A stretch of 41,019 nucleotides of DNA from Desulfobacteraceae bacterium. GTDB lineage: Bacteria > Desulfobacterota > DSM-4660 > Desulfatiglandales > HGW-15. Position 1 is the stretch's first letter, and each line of letters starts with the position of its first letter. The stretch lies in contig JASFIT010000001.1 of NCBI GenBank assembly GCA_050122535.1, positions 1 to 41,019 on the forward strand, given 5' to 3'. Below are positions 31,918-39,507 of this stretch, in pieces. Both the position numbers and the translations under genes were made by a program. The notes under the pieces were generated by a model. It was not told where the DNA came from. It ran no database searches and worked only from the letters and a program-made list of their open reading frames with translations.

Positions 31918-33060
31918 ATGTCTGGCAATCGTATAATCGGCTATGACTTTGCCAGGGCTCTAACCCTTCTCGGCATGCTGCTCATAAATTTTTGGGTGAT
32001 GATGGAAAATACTCCTTTCGATCCCCATTGGCTCGTTTCCACGTTGGATCTCATTCAAGGACGGGCAGCAGCAACATTTGTTCTTCTCGCCGGAGTCGGT
32101 CTGTCCTTGATGTCAAAGAGTGCATTGCTGAACAATGACGCTGCTCGTATGAGAGAAAACCGGTATCTAATTCTTAAACGCGCGCTCTTTCTTTTTATCA
32201 TAGGGATGTTGAACAGTCTGATCTGGAGAGCAGATATCCTGCACGTCTATGGAATTTACTTTGTAATTGGGATGTGTCTCTTGATCGTTCCTACTCGTCG
32301 ACTGTTGCTGCTATCTATTATTCCTGTGGCCGTTTCTTCATTTTTCATGTTGGCGGTTGATTTTGACAGAGGACTGGCGTTTAAGACAGACACCTATTCA
32401 GCTTTCTGGAAACCAACGGCAATGGCTTGGGATATCTTTTTCAATGGCCTTTACCCCGTATTTCCTTGGGCCACTTTCCTGATCCTGGGGATGTGGCTCG
32501 GTCGACAAAGGCTGTCTGACCCTGTTTTGAGGAAGAAAATTTTGTTTATAGGAATCGGCGTCGTTGCTTTTGCTGAATGCATTTCACGCATGGTTTTTCA
32601 CCTCTCTACCTCTGGCTTGAGTGTCTTGGACGCTGATGCGTTACTCATGTGGTTCACCATAGAGCCTTGGGATCCCATGCCACTTTTCATGCTTTCAGCG
32701 GGCGGAACCGCGGTTATCGTTGTCAGCTTCAGCATTTCCATTGCACAGAAGTGGGGCAACACCAAATGGATTCTGCCTTTTGTGTCTGTTGGTCAGACTA
32801 CCCTCACTCTTTATGTCGCCCACATAATTATCGGTAGCATTGCCTTGGAAGTGATGAAAGTGTACGAAGTAGAGCCCTTTCTTTTCCCTATTTGGGGGGC
32901 ATGCGCTTTCTACATCAGTGCACTCATTCTTTGTTCTTATTGGAGAAAAAGTTTTCAAAAAGGGCCCTTAGAGTGGCTCATGCGAAGTTCTCTTGATATT
33001 CCTTTTCCGTTGCGGGCCTTTAGGCACGCAAGAGTAAAATTGGCACAACCTGATTTTTAG
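31918..33060 (+). CDS. Polytopic membrane protein, DUF418/DUF1624 (YeiB-like, acyltransferase-3-like) family
   Basis: 380 aa. N-terminus RIIGYDFARALTLLGMLLINF is typical of the family. About 10 hydrophobic helices. Confidence 0.65.
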   Translation: MSGNRIIGYDFARALTLLGMLLINFWVMMENTPFDPHWLVSTLDLIQGRAAATFVLLAGVGLSLMSKSALLNNDAARMRENRYLILKRALFLFIIGMLNSLIWRADILHVYGIYFVIGMCLLIVPTRRLLLLSIIPVAVSSFFMLAVDFDRGLAFKTDTYSAFWKPTAMAWDIFFNGLYPVFPWATFLILGMWLGRQRLSDPVLRKKILFIGIGVVAFAECISRMVFHLSTSGLSVLDADALLMWFTIEPWDPMPLFMLSAGGTAVIVVSFSISIAQKWGNTKWILPFVSVGQTTLTLYVAHIIIGSIALEVMKVYEVEPFLFPIWGACAFYISALILCSYWRKSFQKGPLEWLMRSSLDIPFPLRAFRHARVKLAQPDF

Positions 33061-33153
33061 ATGAGATATGACGGGCATTAGACTCAGCATACACCTCGTT
33101 TATGCAAGTTGCTTTCTTGAGCGTTTGACGAGGACTAAAGAGGAGGAATTCGT

Positions 33154-33315
33154 ATGAATCAAAATTTCAAAGGGCCACCCGAAACCGAATCTGCTTCTAC
33201 TCATCCAGATTTGGTCATTGATGATATTATCCAATCCATTGAGAAGGTGGATAGGGAAATAGAGAGATTTTACAAAATCCATAGAACCGAATTGACAGCC
33301 ACAGATGATGACTGA
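33154..33315 (+). CDS. Small ORF (53 aa), below the ORF-track cut-off
   Basis: ATG preceded by AGAGGAGG with 5-nt spacing. Translation: MNQNFKGPPETESASTHPDLVIDDIIQSIEKVDREIERFYKIHRTELTATDDD. Confidence 0.4.
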   Translation: MNQNFKGPPETESASTHPDLVIDDIIQSIEKVDREIERFYKIHRTELTATDDD

Positions 33316-33470
33316 AGCTCCTCAGGAGGGCGAGTGGACCAGGAGTTGACGTCTTTATTGCACCCGTTTGGTTCTATCCAAATCTGGTCCTGTGGGATTT
33401 AGGGAAACTGAATGCTTGACGATGATGATTCGGACAGTAGGGTCAGCGCGACCGAAAGGAGGAAAAGACC

Positions 33471-33686
33471 ATGAGAATCAATTGTAATATTTGCGGGTAT
33501 GAGTTGAATTTGGATCACAAAGTGTTCCAGAACTATGAAGGTCCTATCAAGTGCTTCTATTGCGGCAATGTGATGCTTATCAAAACTAGCCGGGGAATAG
33601 TAGACTCTATAGAATCATCAAGCGTTCTACTACCACAATCCCCCGGACGTGCGGTCAGGCGCACGCCTCAAAACCCGGAATTGTGA
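33471..33686 (+). CDS. Small zinc-ribbon protein (71 aa)
   Basis: CNIC...(22 aa)...CFYC. Strong Shine-Dalgarno AAAGGAGG upstream. Confidence 0.55.
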   Translation: MRINCNICGYELNLDHKVFQNYEGPIKCFYCGNVMLIKTSRGIVDSIESSSVLLPQSPGRAVRRTPQNPEL

Positions 33687-33723
33687 TTTCTTCCAACTTT
33701 CAGGATGAAATAGGAGCTCGATC

Positions 33724-34224
33724 ATGCAGAACCAGAGACTGGATGTAAAGCAAGAGGTAGCCGAAAAAGGTTCTACAATTTTGGTGGCAGTAGATTTTTC
33801 CCCTTGTTCCCTGTTGGCATTGAGGAAGGCAAAGTCTATATTGGGGCAAAAGCCAGCCCGAATCTTGGTGCTCCATGTGATTGACAAAGATTTCATTGAA
33901 AGATGTGTTCGCCACGGCCTGGGGTCAGAGGAAGAAGTCAGCAAAAAACTATTTCTTCGTGCCAAAGAAAAACTTGATCATGTCCTTCGTCAAGAAGGAA
34001 TGGATGTTGAGCACGTGGAAAAATTGGTTTGCCCAGGGACGCCCTACCTGGAAATAAACAAGAGGGCACTCCAGATCGGCGCCGACATGGTTGTAATGGG
34101 ATGTAGTGGAAACTCCGGGGACATGGATAATATCTTTTTCGGTAGCACAACCGAGAGGGTCTTGAGATTTATCAAACGTCCCGTGCTCTGTGTGCCAGAT
34201 AGCGAAGACAATAAACTGGACTAA
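33724..34224 (+). CDS. Universal stress protein (UspA family)
   Basis: 166 aa. ILVAVDFSPCS, ILVLHVID, MVVMGCSG, FGSTTERVLRFIKRPVLCVP. Confidence 0.8.
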   Translation: MQNQRLDVKQEVAEKGSTILVAVDFSPCSLLALRKAKSILGQKPARILVLHVIDKDFIERCVRHGLGSEEEVSKKLFLRAKEKLDHVLRQEGMDVEHVEKLVCPGTPYLEINKRALQIGADMVVMGCSGNSGDMDNIFFGSTTERVLRFIKRPVLCVPDSEDNKLD

Positions 34225-34310
34225 AGAATCCGCACCCGAAGAATACGGCTCTAAGTATGCCCCCCATAGGGGGGCGTCACTGCTGAATCCCACGGTACCC
34301 TGACCAGGAA

Positions 34311-34397
34311 AAATCCCCCCGCCCGCCATTCCATCCTCCGTAGCAAGCTACTGCGGAGGACGGGCGCGAACCGCTCAGGCGAGGCGGGGGGGGATTT
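34311..34397. repeat. REP-like long hairpin related to elements at 9200..9390
   Basis: AAATCCCCCCGCC...GGCGGGGGGGGATTT arms. The interior CCGTAGCAAGCTACTGCGG and CCGCTCAGGCGAGGCGGG both recur in the 9118..9437 element. A separate perfect hairpin GCCCCCC-ata-GGGGGGC lies at 34259..34275. Confidence 0.5.
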
Positions 34398-34517
34398 GAT
34401 AGAGATTCCTTTAATCAACACCATCTCGGCCTTCAGTCCAGCCCCATTCGGGACCGGCATAGCCCGTCCCACATGACCGCACCCATAGGGTACGGGTTTC
34501 CAAGTCTCACTAAATTT

Positions 34518-34534
34518 CGGAATTCTGGGTTCCG
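34518..34534. promoter_or_regulatory. Candidate activator-binding palindrome (distal)
   Basis: cgGAATtctggGTTCcg. Confidence 0.5.
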
Positions 34535-34548
34535 ATAGCCGAAGAAAG

Positions 34549-34565
34549 CAGAACTCAAAGTTCTT
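34549..34565. promoter_or_regulatory. Candidate activator-binding palindrome
   Basis: caGAACtcaaaGTTCtt. Confidence 0.4.
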
Positions 34566-34649
34566 CGCGTCATTTTCACGTTTTTTCAATATCTTAAACG
34601 TCTACAAAGGTTGTTGCGGCTGACAGCCAGCCCACCCAGCCGAGCCTAT

Positions 34650-34666
34650 CTGAACTATGAGTTCTT
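34650..34666. promoter_or_regulatory. Candidate activator-binding palindrome (proximal) for the 34720 promoter
   Basis: ctGAACtatgaGTTCtt, centred 63 bp upstream of the -24 GG. Confidence 0.45.
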
Positions 34667-34719
34667 ATAGTATGCTGCACATATGAGCATAATGTAGACA
34701 TATCAACAAGTTATGGCTG

Positions 34720-34735
34720 TGGCATATCTATTGCT
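34720..34735 (+). promoter_or_regulatory. Sigma-54 (-24/-12) promoter of the 34806 operon
   Basis: TGGCAT-ATCTA-TTGCT (GG-N10-GC), about 72 nt upstream of the ATG at 34806. Confidence 0.7.
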
Positions 34736-34805
34736 TTGGGGTTTGTAACTGAATGGTACACGGCTTTCGCCTGACGCAAGAATCCTCTGGAGAGGAAAGA
34801 TACAA

Positions 34806-35072
34806 ATGCAAGAGCATCAAAAGAGAGAGATCACCATTCGCGGCACTATCCTTCCAGATGAGTGGGACAAGAATGGTCATGTTACGAGTGTCGGGATAGG
34901 GACCGAAGATGAAGAGGATTATATTATCTTTCTGGATAAAATTGGAGAGAAATTATTCAAGTTCGTCGACCGAAAAGTAGAGGCTACGGGTACTGTGAAG
35001 AACGTGTACGGCGATTTTGTCCTCACGGTAAACAACTACAAGCTCTTACCAGAGGACGATGAAGAAGAATAA
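34806..35072 (+). CDS. Small protein, paralog 2 of the three-member family (acidic C-terminal tail)
   Basis: 88 aa. REITIRGTILPDEWDKNGHVTSVGIGTEDEEDYII...GEKLFKFVDRKVEATGTVKN...VLTVNNYKLLPEDDEEE. Confidence 0.6.
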   Translation: MQEHQKREITIRGTILPDEWDKNGHVTSVGIGTEDEEDYIIFLDKIGEKLFKFVDRKVEATGTVKNVYGDFVLTVNNYKLLPEDDEEE

Positions 35073-35143
35073 TTTTGTGCGCAACATTCTTTGCAATCAG
35101 TTTCTAAATAAGTGACGGACTGTTCGCATGAGGAGATAAACAT

Positions 35144-35479
35144 ATGAAAAGGGAAGATTCATCAGAGGAGATTACCATAACGGGTTATGTGACACCAAGA
35201 GATTGGGACTGGAACGATGTTGTGAGCGCTGTCAGCATAGAGACCCATGATAATGTGTATGCAATCGAACCAAATAGCCTGGGTGAAGAACTCTTCAGTG
35301 AACTGGATAGCGAGGTGGAAGTAACAGGATTTCTCGAAAAAGACAGGGATGGAACAAAGCGAATAACTGTTACAAGCTATGAAGTCCTGATCGAACCCGG
35401 CGACAGAGAAGAGGAGAATTACGGATATGACGATGATGGGCAGGAGTTTGGATCTAAACAAGGGGAAAGTCCGATCTAA
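35144..35479 (+). CDS. Small protein, paralog 3 of the three-member family (long acidic tail)
   Basis: 111 aa. EEITITGYVTPRDWDWNDVVSAVSIETHDNVYAI...GEELFSELDSEVEVTGFLEKD...RITVTSYEVL, then an acidic tail. Confidence 0.6.
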   Translation: MKREDSSEEITITGYVTPRDWDWNDVVSAVSIETHDNVYAIEPNSLGEELFSELDSEVEVTGFLEKDRDGTKRITVTSYEVLIEPGDREEENYGYDDDGQEFGSKQGESPI

Positions 35480-35615
35480 ATCTGCAAGAAGAAAGGAAAT
35501 AGGAAATGAAAGAGAGTGCAGTTGATCTTTTTAGTGGGGCCAGTGGACAGCACGTACCGTTTACTGAAGAAGCTGACTTTCCGAAAGATTACATTTCTTC
35601 AGAAGAGGAGCTTAT

Positions 35616-35996
35616 ATGAATCCTAGGCAGCTTGAGTATTTCCGACGTAAACTCCTCTCCTGGCGTGAGCAACTTTTGAAAGAATCGGGTGAGAGCCTCC
35701 AGCGCCTAAAGGAAAGTAGCACAAGGGAAATTGATCTTTTGGACCAAGGCACTCTTGAGACGAGTAGCAATTTAAAGCTTAGCACTCGCGATAGGTGCCT
35801 GGTACTTGTCGACGAAATTGATGATGCTTTAGAGAGGATCAAGGATGGTACCTACGGGTACTGTGAGGATACAGGCGAAGAAATTGGGTTGAAGCGCCTT
35901 GAAGCCCGTCCCACTGCTAGGCTCTGTCTTGAAGCCCAAGAATGGCGTGAACGTGGGAGGAGGCGAAAGGGGCGGTGGAATCTGGCCTATGCCTGA
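35616..35996 (+). CDS. dksA: DksA/TraR-family RNA-polymerase-binding protein, zinc-independent DksA2-like variant
   Basis: 126 aa. Coiled-coil tip DLLDQG (DxxDxA-like). The C-terminal finger reads CEDT-x17-CLEA (CxxT...CxxA) where canonical DksA has CxxC-x17-CxxC. LKRLEARPTARLC is conserved. Confidence 0.75.
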   Translation: MNPRQLEYFRRKLLSWREQLLKESGESLQRLKESSTREIDLLDQGTLETSSNLKLSTRDRCLVLVDEIDDALERIKDGTYGYCEDTGEEIGLKRLEARPTARLCLEAQEWRERGRRRKGRWNLAYA

Positions 35997-36038
35997 TTAT
36001 TAATCAGTTTGAAGAGAATTTAAAGGAGGTTTTGAGAG

Positions 36039-36329
36039 ATGAACATAAAACCATTGAACGACAGGGTACTCGTTTTGAGGATTGAGGAGGAGCAAAAGAC
36101 CTCGGGCGGGATCGTTATTCCGGATACGGCCAAAGAAAAACCGCAGGAAGGAAAAGTGATTGCTGTTGGGCCCGGGAGATTTGACGAAAAGGGAAAACGA
36201 ATTCCTGTGGACATCAAGAAGAATGATCGCGTGCTTTTTGGCAAGTATGCGGGCAATGAAATAAAGCTTGATGGTGTGGAACATATAATAATGCGAGAGG
36301 ATGATATCCTCGGTATTGTGGACAAATAA
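36039..36329 (+). CDS. groES: Co-chaperonin GroES
   Basis: 96 aa. [12 protein letters not shown]...[24 protein letters not shown]. Confidence 0.95.
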   Translation: MNIKPLNDRVLVLRIEEEQKTSGGIVIPDTAKEKPQEGKVIAVGPGRFDEKGKRIPVDIKKNDRVLFGKYAGNEIKLDGVEHIIMREDDILGIVDK

Positions 36330-36343
36330 GGAGGTGTTGAGTC

Positions 36344-37966
36344 ATGGCAAAAAAGGAAATCAAATATAGCGCGCAGGCCAGAGAAAAGATGATGAAAGGT
36401 GTGGACACCCTGGCCAATGCCGTTAAAGTAACCCTCGGACCAAAGGGCCGGAATGTGCTCCTCGAGAAGTCGTGGGGCTCGCCCAAGATCAGCAAAGACG
36501 GAGTGACCGTAGCCAAGGAGATCGAACTTGAAGATAAGTTCGAGAACATGGGCGCACAGATGGTCAAGGAGGTGGCCTCCAAAACCTCTGATGCTGCAGG
36601 AGACGGCACCACAACGGCCACCATCCTTGCTCAGGCTATATACCGCGAAGGCTCCAAGCTATTAGCCGCGGGGTCTAACCCTATGGCCATAAAAAGAGGT
36701 GTGGAAAAGGCAGTGGGAGTCGTGGTGGAAGAGCTTAAGAAGCTCTCAAAACCAACGAAAGACAAGGTGGAAATTGCCCAAGTGGGCACCATCTCGGCAA
36801 ACAACGATAGCACCATCGGGGATATTATCTCTGAGGCCATGGAAAAGGTGGGCAAAGAGGGCGTTATCACCGTTGAAGAAGCCAAAGCTATGGAGACCAC
36901 TCTGGAGATTGTGGAAGGGATGCAGTTTGATCGTGGATACCTGAGCCCCTACTTCGTGACGGATGCTGAGAAAATGGAGGTAGAGCTCGAGGAACCTTAC
37001 ATCCTTTTGAATGAAAAAAAGATCAGCAACATGAAAGACCTCCTTCCTATCCTGGAACAAATCGCCAAGATGGGTAAACCCTTTCTGATCATTGCAGAGG
37101 ATGTGGACGGGGAGGCCCTGGCCACCCTGGTGGTCAACAAGCTACGTGGGACCCTGAAATGTGCAGCCGTCAAGGCACCTGGTTTCGGCGACAGGCGTAA
37201 GGCGGTACTCCAGGATATTGCCATACTGACGGGTGGTCAGGTGGTCAGTGAAGACCTGGGCATAAAGCTAGAAAATATTACCTTAAATGACTTGGGCACT
37301 GCCAAGCGAATCACCATTGACAAGGACAACACCACGATCGTGGATGGAGGAGGTGACCGTGTGGCCCTTGAGGGCAGGGTTAAACAGCTAAGGGTCCAAG
37401 TTGATGAGACCACCTCTGATTACGACAGAGAAAAACTCCAGGAGCGGCTGGCCAAGCTGATCGGGGGCGTCGCCGTGATTAACGTAGGCGCAGCGACCGA
37501 AACCGAAATGAAGGAGAAAAAGGACAGGGTTGAGGACGCCCTTAATGCCACCCGGGCTGCAGTGGAAGAAGGGATTGTTCCGGGCGGTGGTGTTGCCTAC
37601 TTGAGGGCGATGAAAGCGCTTGACAAACTCCAGTTGCCTGGAGAAGAGCAATTTGGGATCAAGCTGGTAAGACGGGCCCTCGAAGAACCCATTAGAGAAA
37701 TTGCCAACAATGCAGGTTTTGAGGGATCTATTGTCACCAGGCGAGTTATGGATGCTGAGGGCAATTTTGGATTCAATGCTGAAACAGGTGTCTACGAAGA
37801 CCTGATGAAAGCGGGTGTTGTGGATCCCACCAAGGTGACTCGATTGGCGCTCCAAAATGCAGCATCTGTGGCTGGACTCCTTCTCACCACCGAAGCCATG
37901 GTTGCTGAGAAGCCGGAAAAGAGGAAGGCTGCGGCACCGGCTATGCCTCCAGAGGATATGTACTAG
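36344..37966 (+). CDS. groEL: Chaperonin GroEL
   Basis: 540 aa. [37 protein letters not shown]...[13 protein letters not shown]. Confidence 0.95.
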   Translation: MAKKEIKYSAQAREKMMKGVDTLANAVKVTLGPKGRNVLLEKSWGSPKISKDGVTVAKEIELEDKFENMGAQMVKEVASKTSDAAGDGTTTATILAQAIYREGSKLLAAGSNPMAIKRGVEKAVGVVVEELKKLSKPTKDKVEIAQVGTISANNDSTIGDIISEAMEKVGKEGVITVEEAKAMETTLEIVEGMQFDRGYLSPYFVTDAEKMEVELEEPYILLNEKKISNMKDLLPILEQIAKMGKPFLIIAEDVDGEALATLVVNKLRGTLKCAAVKAPGFGDRRKAVLQDIAILTGGQVVSEDLGIKLENITLNDLGTAKRITIDKDNTTIVDGGGDRVALEGRVKQLRVQVDETTSDYDREKLQERLAKLIGGVAVINVGAATETEMKEKKDRVEDALNATRAAVEEGIVPGGGVAYLRAMKALDKLQLPGEEQFGIKLVRRALEEPIREIANNAGFEGSIVTRRVMDAEGNFGFNAETGVYEDLMKAGVVDPTKVTRLALQNAASVAGLLLTTEAMVAEKPEKRKAAAPAMPPEDMY

Positions 37967-38051
37967 GCACTTCCAATAGATTTTGACAGGTGGGTGACAG
38001 GGGGTCCTTCGGATAGGCCCCCTAACCCTCCTGCCTAGTAGGAGGTTTAAA

Positions 38052-38216
38052 ATGCCCATATATGAGTTCATCTGCCAGAAATGTAATAAACCCTTCACCC
38101 TAACCATAGCCATTTCAGAACATGAAAAGAAGAAGTTTCGATGTCCAGAATGCAGAAGCACCAGGGTGAAGCAGCAAATCACATCTTTTCAGACAAAGAC
38201 CTCTAAAAAGAGTTAG
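38052..38216 (+). CDS. FmdB-family zinc-ribbon protein (54 aa), below the ORF-track cut-off
   Basis: MPIYEFICQKCNKPF...FRCPECRSTRVKQ, the CxxC...CxxC FmdB signature. GGAGG lies 6 nt upstream. Confidence 0.6.
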   Translation: MPIYEFICQKCNKPFTLTIAISEHEKKKFRCPECRSTRVKQQITSFQTKTSKKS

Positions 38217-38403
38217 CCTTGGATTTATAAACAGGTTTGCTGAGGTGCCTGGGGCAGCGTTGCTCCTGGCCAAAACGCACTCTTGTGGGTGTTCCTTCCC
38301 TAGCCCCTTTGATATAATAGGGGCTATTGTTTTGGGAAGGGTATGCGCAGGTCGAATAATTCTTGATGGAACCGCAGAAAAAGGCAGAGTTGAGGGATTC
38401 ACA

Positions 38404-39507
38404 ATGAAACAAGGCGAAGGAGAAAAGGGGCAGGACACGCCTGGGTTCTCTCTTCTTGATGGCGCAAGTTCTCAAGCCCCTATCATCGCGCCTGAGCTGG
38501 AGAGTCAAAAAAAACTTGCCGCAGATAAGAATCAACCGCTCAGTGAGCGATTGGAGGCCTATGAAGACATTATTGATTCAGAGGTGGGTGACACGACACT
38601 TTCTCGCGCCCGCAATATTGAACGAGAGGTGGGTTTACGACAGATATTCCTCAAGTTTGAAGGAGGCAATCCCACGGGAACCCAAAAGGACCGCATTGCC
38701 TTTGCTCAGGCCAAGGACGCCGTGCGACGGGGCTTTGATGCCATTACTCTGGCCACTTGCGGTAATTACGGTGTGGCCATGTCACTGGCCGCCTCCATGG
38801 CTGGACTGCGCTGCGTCACATTTATCCCCCAAGGATACCATACGAAACGCGTTAAAGAGATGGCCGATTATGGGGCAGAAATCATTCGCATCGAAGGCGA
38901 TTATGAAAGCGCAGTGCTTGCGTCCCGTGAGAAAGCCAAACAGGACGAAATCTATGATGCCAACCCCGGGGGGGAGAATACCAGCATCCAGTTCAAAACC
39001 TATGGCCAGATCGCCTATGAGATCTATGATGATCTTCGCGATGCGCCGGCCGCAGTCGCCGTCCCCGTATCGAACGGAACAACGCTGGCAGGGATATATA
39101 AGGGATTTCTGAGTCTCTATCGCCGCGGCAAGACATCACGAATTCCACACCTTGTTGCAGGCTCCTCTCACAATAAGAATCCCATAATTAGGGCATTTAT
39201 AAAGAATTCCCCAAGCTGCGAGGATATCCCTCCTGACCAGATACGAGAGACGGCCATCAATGAACCATTGATCAACTGGCACTCCATCGACGGTGACCAT
39301 GCATTGGAAGCGATCAGGACGACCGGGGGATGGGCCTCCAATGCAAGCGACAAAGGTATGCTCTCCTACTCCCGGCTACTCAGAGAACGAGAAGGACTCA
39401 GCGTACTGCCCGCCTCCACCGCAGGCCTGCTGGTTCTTCTTGATCGCCATCGCAAGGAAAAACTTCCAGGGGATCGATATGTGGTCATTCTCACGGGGAG
39501 GAAATGA
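38404..39507 (+). CDS. Fold-type II PLP-dependent enzyme (threonine synthase / cysteine synthase superfamily)
   Basis: About 367 aa from ATG 38404 (GAGGGA Shine-Dalgarno). PLP-lysine motif FLKFEGGNPTGTQKDRIA. The ORF-track start at 38245 is likely too far upstream. Confidence 0.7.
   Translation: MKQGEGEKGQDTPGFSLLDGASSQAPIIAPELESQKKLAADKNQPLSERLEAYEDIIDSEVGDTTLSRARNIEREVGLRQIFLKFEGGNPTGTQKDRIAFAQAKDAVRRGFDAITLATCGNYGVAMSLAASMAGLRCVTFIPQGYHTKRVKEMADYGAEIIRIEGDYESAVLASREKAKQDEIYDANPGGENTSIQFKTYGQIAYEIYDDLRDAPAAVAVPVSNGTTLAGIYKGFLSLYRRGKTSRIPHLVAGSSHNKNPIIRAFIKNSPSCEDIPPDQIRETAINEPLINWHSIDGDHALEAIRTTGGWASNASDKGMLSYSRLLREREGLSVLPASTAGLLVLLDRHRKEKLPGDRYVVILTGRK

Noticed and set aside
33100-33282. 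60-aa minus-strand track ORF
   Set aside because: It has no Shine-Dalgarno and is antisense to the operon direction. The overlapping plus-strand 53-aa ORF has a strong AGAGGAGG ribosome-binding site.
34251-34589. 112-aa minus-strand track ORF between usp and the sigma-54 promoter
   Set aside because: It spans REP hairpins and the palindrome sites, and its composition (Pro/Arg/Gly-rich) is typical of translated repeats.
35779-35787. CIRCE-like half-site TTAGCACTC
   Set aside because: It lies inside the dksA-like coding sequence, and the required inverted half (GAGTGCTAA) 9 nt downstream is absent (GCCTGGTAC instead).
37388-38535. Long minus-strand ORFs antisense to groEL and the FmdB/PLP-gene region (37388..38182, 38115..38438, 38203..38535)
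   Set aside because: They are antisense to unmistakable groEL and to well-signalled plus-strand genes, and have no motifs.
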